From positions 1 to 45,721 of the forward strand of contig JAUSHI010000009.1 of NCBI GenBank assembly GCA_030648055.1: 45,721 bases of DNA, given 5' to 3'. Made by a program: the position numbers and the translations under genes. The DNA is from a bacterium. GTDB lineage: Bacteria; Patescibacteriota; Minisyncoccia; Sungbacterales; SURF-37. The notes below the pieces were generated by a model that was not told the origin of the DNA, searched no databases, and saw nothing but the letters and a program-made list of their open reading frames with translations. Positions 36,229 to 45,358 of the stretch are shown here, piece by piece. Each line of letters opens with the position of its first letter. Within the stretch, counting starts at the first letter, position 1.

Positions 36229-37500
36229 ATGTTCAAAAAAGAAGTTCTTCCGAGCGGACTCCGCATATTAACGGCCCCGATGAGCGGTACCAATACCGTA
36301 ACGGTTTTGATTTTTGTCGGCACCGGTTCTAACTTTGAAACTAAACAAAATAATGGCATTTCGCATTTTTTGGAGCACATGTTTTTTAAGGGCACTACGC
36401 TTCGTCCTTCAAAAGTGCAGATTTCAACCGAGCTTGATGGCATGGGTGCGGTCTATAACGCTTTTACTTCAAGCGAGTATACGGGTTATTTTGCCAAAGT
36501 GGGGTATCAGTATTTTGACCGGGCCTTTGATATCGTTACCGATATTTTTTTGAACTCAACTCTGCCCGATGAAGAAATTGAACGCGAACGGGGGGTGATT
36601 ATTGAGGAAATGCATATGCGCCACGACGACCCGCAGTCGCGGGTAGCGTTTCTTTGGGAGAAATTGCTTTACGGAGACCAGCCGGCCGGATGGGAGACGC
36701 TTGGCGAGGAGCCGGTTATCCGCGTGTTGAAGCGAAATGATTTCATGGATTATTTCCACGGTCAGTATGTTGCGCGAAACACCGCGGTAATCGTCGCCGG
36801 CAATATCAAAGACGAACAGGCGGTGGTTGAAAAAATAAAAAAGACTTTCTCCGGTCTTCGTGATGGCGAGCCGCGGAAACAGCCAAAAGTTGTTGAAGCG
36901 CAAGTTCGCCCTGGGATTATTAGTGAGGACAAAAAAACGGATCAGACCAACCTTATTATCGGGTTTCGTGGTTTTGGAAAGAATGATCCGCGGATATGGC
37001 CGGCCTCCCTTCTTGCTACGGTTCTTGGAGGAGGAATGAGTTCAAGAATGTTTTTGGAGATTCGTGAAGAGTTGGGGCTTGCTTACAATATCAGCACCGG
37101 TTTTGACGATTACAGCACTTACGGATATTTTGCGACTGGAGCCGGAGTTCCCAATGATAAGTTGGACAAAGCCATTCCGGCAATTTTAGGAGAGTATAAA
37201 AAGGTAAGAGACGAGGTGGTCCCCCAAAGTGAACTTAATAAGGCCCGTGATTTCGTTAAAGGCACGAGCTTAATAGGCCTTGAATCCTCTTCGTCTCTGG
37301 CTACGTTTATAGGTGGCGAGGAAATTCTTACCGGAAAGCCGATGACTATTGAAGAAGTATTTGCTAAACTGGACGCAGTAACACCCGAATCGCTCCAGGC
37401 CGCCGCCAGGGATATAATTAAAGAAGAGGGGCTGAATTTGGCGCTGGTTGGCCCCAAGAATGATGAAAAAAACTTAAAGAAGCTTCTCGTACTTTCGTAA
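36229..37500 (+). CDS. M16 family zinc peptidase
   Basis: GISHFLEHMFFKGT (HxxEH), NAFT and GGGMSSRMF.EIRE. Confidence 0.93.
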   Translation: MFKKEVLPSGLRILTAPMSGTNTVTVLIFVGTGSNFETKQNNGISHFLEHMFFKGTTLRPSKVQISTELDGMGAVYNAFTSSEYTGYFAKVGYQYFDRAFDIVTDIFLNSTLPDEEIERERGVIIEEMHMRHDDPQSRVAFLWEKLLYGDQPAGWETLGEEPVIRVLKRNDFMDYFHGQYVARNTAVIVAGNIKDEQAVVEKIKKTFSGLRDGEPRKQPKVVEAQVRPGIISEDKKTDQTNLIIGFRGFGKNDPRIWPASLLATVLGGGMSSRMFLEIREELGLAYNISTGFDDYSTYGYFATGAGVPNDKLDKAIPAILGEYKKVRDEVVPQSELNKARDFVKGTSLIGLESSSSLATFIGGEEILTGKPMTIEEVFAKLDAVTPESLQAAARDIIKEEGLNLALVGPKNDEKNLKKLLVLS

Positions 37501-37509
37501 AAATAATTT

Positions 37510-38565
37510 ATGCCCGTAAAACAGATTCAAAAAATAGATGTTACACTTGGAACATTTCTCCGATTTTTTGCCGTGGCGATTTTGATTTTTCTTGCTTATT
37601 ATCTTTTGCAAATGATCGCGGCTATACTTTTTGCCATCGTTATCGCCTCAGCCATTGAGCCGATTATTAACTGGTTAGGCCGGCGCCATGTTTCACGCAT
37701 TATCACCGTTATACTGATTTATCTTTTTGCGGCTATGGTTTTTGCGGGGTTGGTTTATCTTGTTTTACCGGCAGTCGCGACCGAATTGCAGAATTTTATT
37801 TCTTCATATCCGATTTATCAGCGCGAGCTTCTCAGTGAAATCCAAGCAGTAACAGGCATTCCGCTACTTAGTTTTTTGTCGGATAATTCGCAGAGCATTT
37901 TAATTTCATCCCCCGACCAGCTGACCCAGCTTGCCCAGAGTACATTTCAGTTAACGATTAATGTTTTTGGAGGATTGATGCTGGCGATTATAACGGCAGT
38001 TATCTCTTTTTATCTTGCCACGCAAAAAAATGGGATTGAAAATTTTTTGCGGCTTGTCACACCTCTTGAGTATGAGGAATACGCGGTTGACCTTTGGATA
38101 AGGGCGCAGAAAAAAATGGGACAGTGGTTGCGAGCCCAGCTTATTCTCGGCCTCATTGTCGGTGTTTTAGTTTATATCGCCTTAACACTTCTTGGCATAC
38201 GCTTCGCGCTTATATTTGCGGCACTTACCGCTATTCTTGAAATTATACCGGTTATCGGGCCTATTCTTGCCGCGGTACCCGCGGTAGTCATTGCTTTTGT
38301 ACAGAGCCCCGTTTTGGGTCTCACCGTTATTGTGACTTATTTCATTATTCAGCAAATTGAAAGTCACTTAATAGTTCCGACCGTGATGCGGAGAACTGTT
38401 GGATTGAATCCTCTCGTGGTTATTTTAGCGCTTCTTATCGGCGGAAAGCTCGGCGGAGTGTTGGGACTTCTTTTGGCCGTTCCCCTAGCCAGCGTCGTGG
38501 TTGAATTTTTGAGCGATACTGACAGAAAAAAGCGCGGCCTTTTTCAATACGGCGGAGGCAGTTAA
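37510..38565 (+). CDS. AI-2E family transporter
   Basis: EIIPVIGP and QQIESHLIVP...GLNPL motifs. Confidence 0.9.
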   Translation: MPVKQIQKIDVTLGTFLRFFAVAILIFLAYYLLQMIAAILFAIVIASAIEPIINWLGRRHVSRIITVILIYLFAAMVFAGLVYLVLPAVATELQNFISSYPIYQRELLSEIQAVTGIPLLSFLSDNSQSILISSPDQLTQLAQSTFQLTINVFGGLMLAIITAVISFYLATQKNGIENFLRLVTPLEYEEYAVDLWIRAQKKMGQWLRAQLILGLIVGVLVYIALTLLGIRFALIFAALTAILEIIPVIGPILAAVPAVVIAFVQSPVLGLTVIVTYFIIQQIESHLIVPTVMRRTVGLNPLVVILALLIGGKLGGVLGLLLAVPLASVVVEFLSDTDRKKRGLFQYGGGS

Positions 38566-38638
38566 AATTTCCAAGAAGTACAATTTTTATGTAAGATAGA
38601 AAGGGTTTACGCCCTTTTTATTAATAGGCTATAAAACA

Positions 38639-40114
38639 ATGAAGAAAAGCAAAAAGTATTATATAACTACGGCTATTGATTATGTGAATGCCAAGCCACA
38701 TATTGGACATGCCTTAGAAAAAATTCAGGCAGATGTTTTGGCTCGTTTTCACCGTATTAAAGGTGAGGATGTTTTCTTTTTAACCGGAACTGACGAGCAT
38801 GGGGTGAAAATTGTCCGCGCGGCTGAATTAGCTGGTAAAAACCCCAAAGATTTTGTTGATGAAAATGCGGAGAGTTTTAAGGCCTTAAAAAAGGCGCTGA
38901 ATTTATCTTGGGATTCATTTTTAAGAACTTCAGATCAAAAGCGGCATTGGCCGGGGGCGGAAAAGCTATGGCTAAAGCTTAAAGAAGCGGACGACCTGTA
39001 TAAAAAAAAATATCGCGGATTTTATTGCGTGGGTCATGAGGCGTTTGTGACGGAAAAAGATCTGGAGGACGGAAAGTGCCGCGATCATCAAAAGGCGCCG
39101 GAGACGGTTGAAGAAGAGAACTGGTTTTTCCGGCTTTCTAAATACGGCGAGAGGATTAAAGAAGAGATTGAGTCAGGGCGTCTAAAAATTATTCCGGAAT
39201 CGCGTAAAAACGAGATTCTTTCTTTGATTAACGAAGGCCTTGAAGATGTGAGTTTTTCCCGTCCGCGCAAGGATTTGTCGTGGGGCATTCCTGTTCCAGA
39301 CGACCCTGAGCACACCATGTATGTTTGGTGCGACGCGCTTGCCAACTATATTACCGCCATCGGCTATGGCCAAGAGCAATCTACAACCTTTGACAAATGG
39401 TGGCCTGCCGACCTTCATGTAATAGGCAAGGATATTTTGAGATTTCATTCCGCGATTTGGCCGGGCATGCTTTTGTCAGCCGGGCTTCCCCTGCCGAAGG
39501 CAATTTTTGTTCACGGCTTTATCACCGTTGAGGGCCAGAAAATGTCTAAAACCATCGGCAATGTGATTGACCCGCTTGAGCTTGTAAAAAAATACGGCAC
39601 CGATCCGGTGCGTTATTATTTGCTTCGCGAAATTCCTTCCCACGAAGACGGCGATTTTAGTTATAAAAAATTTGAAGAACGATATAACGGAGATCTTGCC
39701 AATGGTATCGGCAATCTCACGGCGAGAGTCGCCACTTTAGGGGAGAAGACCGGCGAGATACATTTTGGTTTTGAAAAAGACATTGAAGAGACGATCCGTG
39801 TTTTGTGTCAGGCCGAGTTTAAGGAGTACGAGCGTCATATTGATAAGTTCTGTTTTAATGAAGCGCTTGCAAATGTTTGGCGGCTTGTTTCGTTGGGAGA
39901 CAAATATATTAACGATAAAAAGCCGTGGACGGTAAAAGACGGCGGGGAATTAAAAAAAATACTTTTAAACGCGGGTTATATTATTTCCACCATTGCCAAT
40001 CTCTTAGAGCCATTTTTACCGGAAACGGCGGCAAAGATAAAAGAGCAGATTTATATTGAGGACTCGGTTTTGAAAATAAAAAAAGGCGGGAATTTATTCC
40101 CGCGACTTGCTTGA
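38639..40114 (+). CDS. metG: Methionine--tRNA ligase
   Basis: YVNAKPHIGH, GTDEHG, YVWCDAL, GKDILRFH and KMSKT. Confidence 0.97.
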   Translation: MKKSKKYYITTAIDYVNAKPHIGHALEKIQADVLARFHRIKGEDVFFLTGTDEHGVKIVRAAELAGKNPKDFVDENAESFKALKKALNLSWDSFLRTSDQKRHWPGAEKLWLKLKEADDLYKKKYRGFYCVGHEAFVTEKDLEDGKCRDHQKAPETVEEENWFFRLSKYGERIKEEIESGRLKIIPESRKNEILSLINEGLEDVSFSRPRKDLSWGIPVPDDPEHTMYVWCDALANYITAIGYGQEQSTTFDKWWPADLHVIGKDILRFHSAIWPGMLLSAGLPLPKAIFVHGFITVEGQKMSKTIGNVIDPLELVKKYGTDPVRYYLLREIPSHEDGDFSYKKFEERYNGDLANGIGNLTARVATLGEKTGEIHFGFEKDIEETIRVLCQAEFKEYERHIDKFCFNEALANVWRLVSLGDKYINDKKPWTVKDGGELKKILLNAGYIISTIANLLEPFLPETAAKIKEQIYIEDSVLKIKKGGNLFPRLA

Positions 40115-40115
40115 T

Positions 40116-41018
40116 ATGACATCCTTGAAACTTTTTGATGTTCATACTCATGTGCAGTTCGCCGCGTTTGAAAAAGATTATGATGCGGTAATTAGACGTG
40201 CCCTTGGCGGCGGCGTCTGGCTGGTAAATGTTGGTACGCAAAAAGATACTTCCGCAAGCGCGGTTAAAATCGCGGAGCAATTTTCCGAAGGCGTATACGC
40301 AACAGTTGGTTTGCATCCGATTCATACCGAGAAGTCGTATCACGATGAAAAGGAACTTGGCGTGCCGCCTTTTGTATTCTCTAATTCGAGCGAATTAGAG
40401 AATAGCTCGGGAGGATTTAAGAGCCGCGGCCTCGCCTTCGTTAAAACTTCGGCGGACAAGGAGGATTTCGATTATAAATATTACAAAAAACTTGCTCTGC
40501 ATCCGAAAGTCGTTGCCATAGGCGAGTGCGGTCTTGATTATTACCGGCTTGAGCCTGAATCAAAAAAGAAACAAGAAGAGGTGTTTATTCAGCATGTGGA
40601 GCTGAGTCATGAGGTTAAAAAACCCCTGATGATTCACTGCCGCGATGCTTTTGGCGATTTAGTTAAAATTCTAGATGATAGGTCTCGGTTTCTAAATTCT
40701 CGGCCGGGCATTATCCATTTTTTCAGCGGAAATCTTGATAACGCGAAAAAACTTTTGAATCTCGGTTTTTCGTTTTCTTTCGGCGGGGTTATAACTTTTA
40801 CTCGCGACTATGACGAGGTTATAAAATATCTTCCGCTTGATCGCATATTGCTTGAAACCGACGCGCCCTATGTTACTCCTATACCTTATCGCGGAAAGCG
40901 CAATGAGCCGGCATATATTGCGGAGGTTGCCAAGAAACTCGCTGACATTAAAGGCGTTCCTTTTGAGGAAGTAGCGGATAGCACCACGAAAAATTCAAGG
41001 AGTATGTTCGTAGTTTAA
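40116..41018 (+). CDS. tatD: TatD family DNase with two in-frame repeat insertions
   Basis: DVHTH, GLHP, AIGECGLDY, IHCR and ETDAPY...GKRNEP. Start is ATG 40116 or TTG 40107. Confidence 0.93.
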   Translation: MTSLKLFDVHTHVQFAAFEKDYDAVIRRALGGGVWLVNVGTQKDTSASAVKIAEQFSEGVYATVGLHPIHTEKSYHDEKELGVPPFVFSNSSELENSSGGFKSRGLAFVKTSADKEDFDYKYYKKLALHPKVVAIGECGLDYYRLEPESKKKQEEVFIQHVELSHEVKKPLMIHCRDAFGDLVKILDDRSRFLNSRPGIIHFFSGNLDNAKKLLNLGFSFSFGGVITFTRDYDEVIKYLPLDRILLETDAPYVTPIPYRGKRNEPAYIAEVAKKLADIKGVPFEEVADSTTKNSRSMFVV

Positions 41019-41054
41019 TATAAAAATAAAATCCCCGGATAGGGGATTTTTCAT

Positions 41055-41150
41055 CCCCACACCCAGAAGACGCAAGCATTCAGATTGTGGGCAATGGGCG
41101 GGCCAAAAAGTAATTTTAAAAAATGCCCAGCCTTTGGGCTGGGTGTGGGG
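41055..41150. mobile_element. Family B inverted-repeat element without coding cargo
   Basis: CCCCACACCCAG ... CTGGGTGTGGGG, a perfect 12-bp inverted repeat. Confidence 0.65.
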
Positions 41151-41153
41151 GGT

Positions 41154-41651
41154 TTATTTTTCGCCTAGGTCTTCCAGCCCCATGCTTTTTAAAAATCTTC
41201 GCGTCTCTTCGTTCGATAAGAGTTTACCGTCTGATGGAGGGTTAAGCGTTCGTTCTTCCCCGTCTTTGTGGTCAGCCCGTGCGTCGGTTTGTTCCCCATA
41301 GAACATTGATAGGTCGACTTCTATACCTTCCGCCCGTACTTCAACGTGTCCGGTATAAGAGAACCGGTAACATAGCGTCAGGTGGGCGTGTATGGCCGAT
41401 TTGTCTTCCGCGGGCCAGTCTTGAACGATAAGATGTTTGACTGTGAATGTGTTACCTTCCATGGTCAAATAGCTACTTTTTTGGTAAACACACACGGATA
41501 CCTTTACTGCGAGAAATTGCTCTTCAAATTCTTTATTTTTTGGGAAAAGTCTGTCAGCTTCAGAAGTTTTGCCATTGAACCGCAGAATAAGCAGTTTTTG
41601 CAAAAAACTGCCGAATTCTTGCATAAGACTCGCAAGCTCAGCGTGGTTCAT
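41154..41651 (-). CDS. Hypothetical protein
   Basis: 165-aa ORF; SD AAGGTGG; promoter TAGACC-17-TATGCT; boxA-like TGTTCTTTAAAC. Confidence 0.7.
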   Translation of the reverse strand: MNHAELASLMQEFGSFLQKLLILRFNGKTSEADRLFPKNKEFEEQFLAVKVSVCVYQKSSYLTMEGNTFTVKHLIVQDWPAEDKSAIHAHLTLCYRFSYTGHVEVRAEGIEVDLSMFYGEQTDARADHKDGEERTLNPPSDGKLLSNEETRRFLKSMGLEDLGEK

Positions 41652-41767
41652 GGGACGCCACCTTTTTGTAATTTAGTTTAAAGAACAATATATTACGAGC
41701 ATACCATTAAATTATGCCGCGGTCTATTTTTTGTAATTTAAAGCGCGGCTTATTTTGGCGGGACTTG

Positions 41768-41884
41768 CCCCGTTAGAAATAGAACGCGCGCATTCTGAGT
41801 ATCGTCGCGGGAAATAATACGGTGTAATTGCTGCGACAGCATAAATATAAAATAAAAGACCCGTGTTCGCGATTTCTAACGGGG
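41768..41884. mobile_element. Family A element next to a -35 box
   Basis: CTTG|CCCCGTTAGAAAT...ATTTCTAACGGGG|CTTG, then TTGAGA-16-TATAAT; 117 bp. Confidence 0.8.
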
Positions 41885-41943
41885 CTTGAGAAAAACGCAT
41901 TAATGACTATAATATGAAGAGCTTTGTCTATGCGTTCATAACT

Positions 41944-42058
41944 CCCGTTAGAAATAGAATGCGAACATCACACCATCGTTGCAAGTGTATAGTACAGCAT
42001 TATTACTGCGACAGCATAAATATAAAATAAATATACGCGTTCGCGATTTTTGACTTGG
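41944..42058. mobile_element. Decayed Family A element, paralog of 41768-41884
   Basis: Left arm CCCGTTAGAAATAGAA; shared CTGCGACAGCATAAATATAAAATAAA and GTTCGCGATTT; right arm eroded to TTTGACTTGG. Confidence 0.75.
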
Positions 42059-42072
42059 TAAATAAAATTCGT

Positions 42073-44502
42073 ATGCGCTATAACCCAAAAAAAATAGAGG
42101 CGAAGTGGCAGAAGAAGTGGCTTAGTTCAAAAATTTATGAGCCCGATTTAAAGCACTCCAAAAAGCCATTTTATAATTTGATGATGTTTCCCTATCCTTC
42201 GGCCGACGGACTTCATGTCGGCAATATGTATGCCTTTGTTGGGGCTGACATTTACGGTAGGACCAAAAGAATGCAGGGGTACGACGTTTTTGAACCGATC
42301 GGGCTTGATGGGTTCGGAATAAACGCCGAAAATTATGCTCTTAAGGTGGGTGTGCATCCGATGAAGCGCGCCGAAATATCGGAAAAAAGATTTTACGAAC
42401 AGCTCGCCATGATTGGCGGCGGATTTTCTTGGAACGAACGTCTGGAAACTTATGACCCCGAATATTATAAATGGACTCAGTGGATTTTTACTGAAATGTT
42501 TAAGCGCGGTTTGGCTTATCGTAAAAAAGCGCTGGTTAATTGGTGTCCGCAGTGCCTGACCGTGCTTGCCGATGAGCAGGTTCTTGTTGGAGAATGCGAG
42601 CGGTGTGATACGAAAGTAATTAAAAAAGAACTTGAACAGTGGTTTTTCAAAATAACAAAATACGCGGAACGGCTTCTGGGGAATTTAGAAAAAATTGACT
42701 GGTCGGAGCGGGTAAAGATTGCTCAAAGAAATTGGATAGGGAAATCGGAGGGCGCGGAAATTGAATTTGCGGTGGCGGAAGCAAGCCAAAAAATAAAAGT
42801 TTTTACCACGCGCGCCGATACTGTTTTCGGGGCGACGTATATTGTTTTAGCCCCAGAGCACCCGCTTGTTTCGGTTTTAACCACAAAGGAGCGGAAAGAC
42901 GCGGTTCAGAATTATGTCGGCGAAGTTTTGAGGAAAAGCGATGCGGAGAGGGCGGACGCCAAAAAAATAAAAACCGGAGTTGCCAGTGGCTCATTTGCGG
43001 TCAATCCGGCGACGAGCGAGGCAATTCCGATTTGGATTGCCGATTACGTTCTTTCAAGCGTAGGGATGGGGGCGATTATGGCTGTTCCGGCCCATGACGA
43101 GCGCGATTTTGAATTTGCCAAGAAATTTAATTTGCCGATTCGTGAGGTGATTTCTGATGACGGCGAGCCGCACGCGTTGTTGAAAGAGCCGTATTTGGCC
43201 GAGGGCCGGCTTTTGAATTCTAACTGGGCTAATGGCATGCGTTCTTCCGAGGCGCGTAAGACCATCGCCGAAAGTTTGCACGCGAAGTTTAAAACGCAAT
43301 ACCGGCTCCGCGATTGGCTTATTTCTCGCCAGCGTTATTGGGGACCTCCGATTCCGATGATTTTTTGCGAGGACTGTGAAAAGCGCCGCCGCGGGCCAAG
43401 GTCAGATATGCCCGGATGGTATCCTGTTCCGGAAAAAAGTTTGCCCGTTAAACTCCCTTTTATTAAAAATTTTCGCCCCACCGGCACTAATCAGTCGCCT
43501 CTTGCTACGGTTGAGTCGTTTTATCGCGTTGGGTGCCCAGACTGCGGAAAGACAGCACGGAGAGAGACGGATGTTTCCGACACCTTTTTGGATTCTGCTT
43601 GGTATTACTATCGCTACATTGACCCTCAAAATAAAAAGCAACCCTTTGGCAAGCCCATAGCAAGAAAATGGTTGCCAGTGAATATGTATATCGGCGGAGC
43701 TGAACACTCCGTGCTTCATCTTTTGTATACCCGCTTTTTGACGATGGTATTTCACGACTGGAAAATGATTAGTTTTGATGAGCCCTTTAAAAGTTTTCGC
43801 GCTCATGGCCTTTTGATCAAAGATGGCGCTAAAATGTCTAAATCCAGAGGCAATGTGGTTAATCCCGACGAATACATTAAAAAATACGGCACGGACGCGG
43901 TGCGGATGTATTTGATGTTTTTGGGGCCATTCACCCAGGGCGGGGATTTTCGGGATAACGGAATCGCCGGCATTACAAGATTTCTTGACCATGTCTGGAA
44001 TTTTGTCACTAAAATAAAAACAGCAAACCGTAAAACTGATGAAAATCTTGAGCGGGCAATTCATCAGACAATCAAAAAAGTTACCGAAGATATTGAAGGG
44101 CTTCGCTACAATACTGCGGTGTCGGCCATGATGATACTTTTAAATGTTTTTGGGGCTTATCCCGTGGGAGCAACTAAAGATCAGGCTGGGACGTTTATAA
44201 AAATACTCGCTCCGTTTGCCCCGTTTATTTCTGAAGAGCTTTGGGTATTTTTAGGCAACAAGGGCAGTATTCACAAAGCAAGCTGGCCTGCTTTTAATAA
44301 AAAATATCTTCAGGAGGAAACGTTTCAATTGGTGGTTCAGATTAACGGCAAAACCCGCGCTGTATTGAAGGCCGCGACGGATATAGACGAAGAAGGCGCC
44401 CGCAAGCTTGTTTTAGAAAATGAAATAGTGAAAAAATATATTTCGGATGTGCCGAAAAAAGTTATTTTTGTGAAAAACCGGCTGATTAATTTCGTGGTTT
44501 AA
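42073..44502 (+). CDS. leuS: Leucine--tRNA ligase
   Basis: MFPYPS..GLHVGN, FTTRADT, SRQRYWG and KMSKS; start ATG 42073 (MRYNPKKIE). Confidence 0.97.
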   Translation: MRYNPKKIEAKWQKKWLSSKIYEPDLKHSKKPFYNLMMFPYPSADGLHVGNMYAFVGADIYGRTKRMQGYDVFEPIGLDGFGINAENYALKVGVHPMKRAEISEKRFYEQLAMIGGGFSWNERLETYDPEYYKWTQWIFTEMFKRGLAYRKKALVNWCPQCLTVLADEQVLVGECERCDTKVIKKELEQWFFKITKYAERLLGNLEKIDWSERVKIAQRNWIGKSEGAEIEFAVAEASQKIKVFTTRADTVFGATYIVLAPEHPLVSVLTTKERKDAVQNYVGEVLRKSDAERADAKKIKTGVASGSFAVNPATSEAIPIWIADYVLSSVGMGAIMAVPAHDERDFEFAKKFNLPIREVISDDGEPHALLKEPYLAEGRLLNSNWANGMRSSEARKTIAESLHAKFKTQYRLRDWLISRQRYWGPPIPMIFCEDCEKRRRGPRSDMPGWYPVPEKSLPVKLPFIKNFRPTGTNQSPLATVESFYRVGCPDCGKTARRETDVSDTFLDSAWYYYRYIDPQNKKQPFGKPIARKWLPVNMYIGGAEHSVLHLLYTRFLTMVFHDWKMISFDEPFKSFRAHGLLIKDGAKMSKSRGNVVNPDEYIKKYGTDAVRMYLMFLGPFTQGGDFRDNGIAGITRFLDHVWNFVTKIKTANRKTDENLERAIHQTIKKVTEDIEGLRYNTAVSAMMILLNVFGAYPVGATKDQAGTFIKILAPFAPFISEELWVFLGNKGSIHKASWPAFNKKYLQEETFQLVVQINGKTRAVLKAATDIDEEGARKLVLENEIVKKYISDVPKKVIFVKNRLINFVV

Positions 44503-44634
44503 GTTTCTTTTGCCGTTATCCGCCATTATTAAATAAGAGCCGCTTTTTGCGGCTGTGTTTTATATAGTTTATTTACAAAATATTGCTATTGTGCGATCCT
44601 AAAGGCACGTTCTTTAATAAAAAAGGAGGGTGAT

Positions 44635-44784
44635 ATGAAAAAGGGGTTGATTTTTTTTGGAGGAGCTGCGGCCGGATTTTTACTTGTAACCCTCGCGGTG
44701 GAATTATTTTTTACCGATAAATTACTTAAGCGGGGCGAAGACGATGTTGAGCGGCGAATTGCCGAATGGGGGGTGGGCTCATGA
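44635..44784 (+). CDS. 49-aa single-TM protein (not in the ORF track)
   Basis: SD AAGGAGG; MKKGLIFFGGAAAGFLLVTLAVELFF...; stop overlaps the next start (ATGA). Confidence 0.65.
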   Translation: MKKGLIFFGGAAAGFLLVTLAVELFFTDKLLKRGEDDVERRIAEWGVGS

Positions 44785-45281
44785 AATTTGATTGGGAGGG
44801 AGGATGGAATCAGGAGGTGTTTGATGAGCCGCTCTATTTTGAAGATTTTCATCCCGACCTCAGGTTTAATTCCTTGCCCCGGGCGCATGTCTCATCGGGC
44901 GACATAATCAATTTCGGACTTGCCACCGGCGACCGGAACGCTTTGCATACCAATGAATCATTTGCTAAAACTTCCATTCTCGGCGGGATTGTCGCGCACG
45001 GCGAGCTTGTTGCCAATTCACTTTTCGGGGCGCTACACTTTGTTGGTTTTTGGGAAAAGACATTGGGGGCGCTTTGCGAGAAATATGTGAAGTTCATCTT
45101 ACCGGTACGGCCGGGGGACAGGGTCAAGCATTTTCTGCATGTCATTGAGACAAAGGAGATTAAGAATCACTCCGACTACGGCTTTGTAAAATTTGAGTTC
45201 TTTACGCAGAATCAAAGGTATGAGCGTGTTGCTGAGGGATGGTTTTCTGTCGTTATCCGGAAGAAAAATACAAAAAAATAG
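44781..45281 (+). CDS. MaoC family dehydratase (hot-dog fold)
   Basis: YFEDF, FGLATGDRNALH, IVAHG, KFILPVRPGD and NQR.E.V. Confidence 0.9.
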   Translation: MKFDWEGGWNQEVFDEPLYFEDFHPDLRFNSLPRAHVSSGDIINFGLATGDRNALHTNESFAKTSILGGIVAHGELVANSLFGALHFVGFWEKTLGALCEKYVKFILPVRPGDRVKHFLHVIETKEIKNHSDYGFVKFEFFTQNQRYERVAEGWFSVVIRKKNTKK

Positions 45282-45304
45282 AAGGCTACCACGAGTAGCC
45301 TTTT
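45281..45304 (+). terminator. Rho-independent terminator
   Basis: AAGGCTAC-CACGA-GTAGCCTTTT. Confidence 0.65.
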
Positions 45305-45358
45305 GAATTTCTGGTAAAACGGCGCTAGTCCATAAATGGTAGTATAATATATCTAAAT

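Noticed and set aside
45282-45358. glmS ribozyme upstream of glmS
   Set aside because: Only ~75 bp are available, occupied by a terminator and a -10 box adjacent to the ATG.
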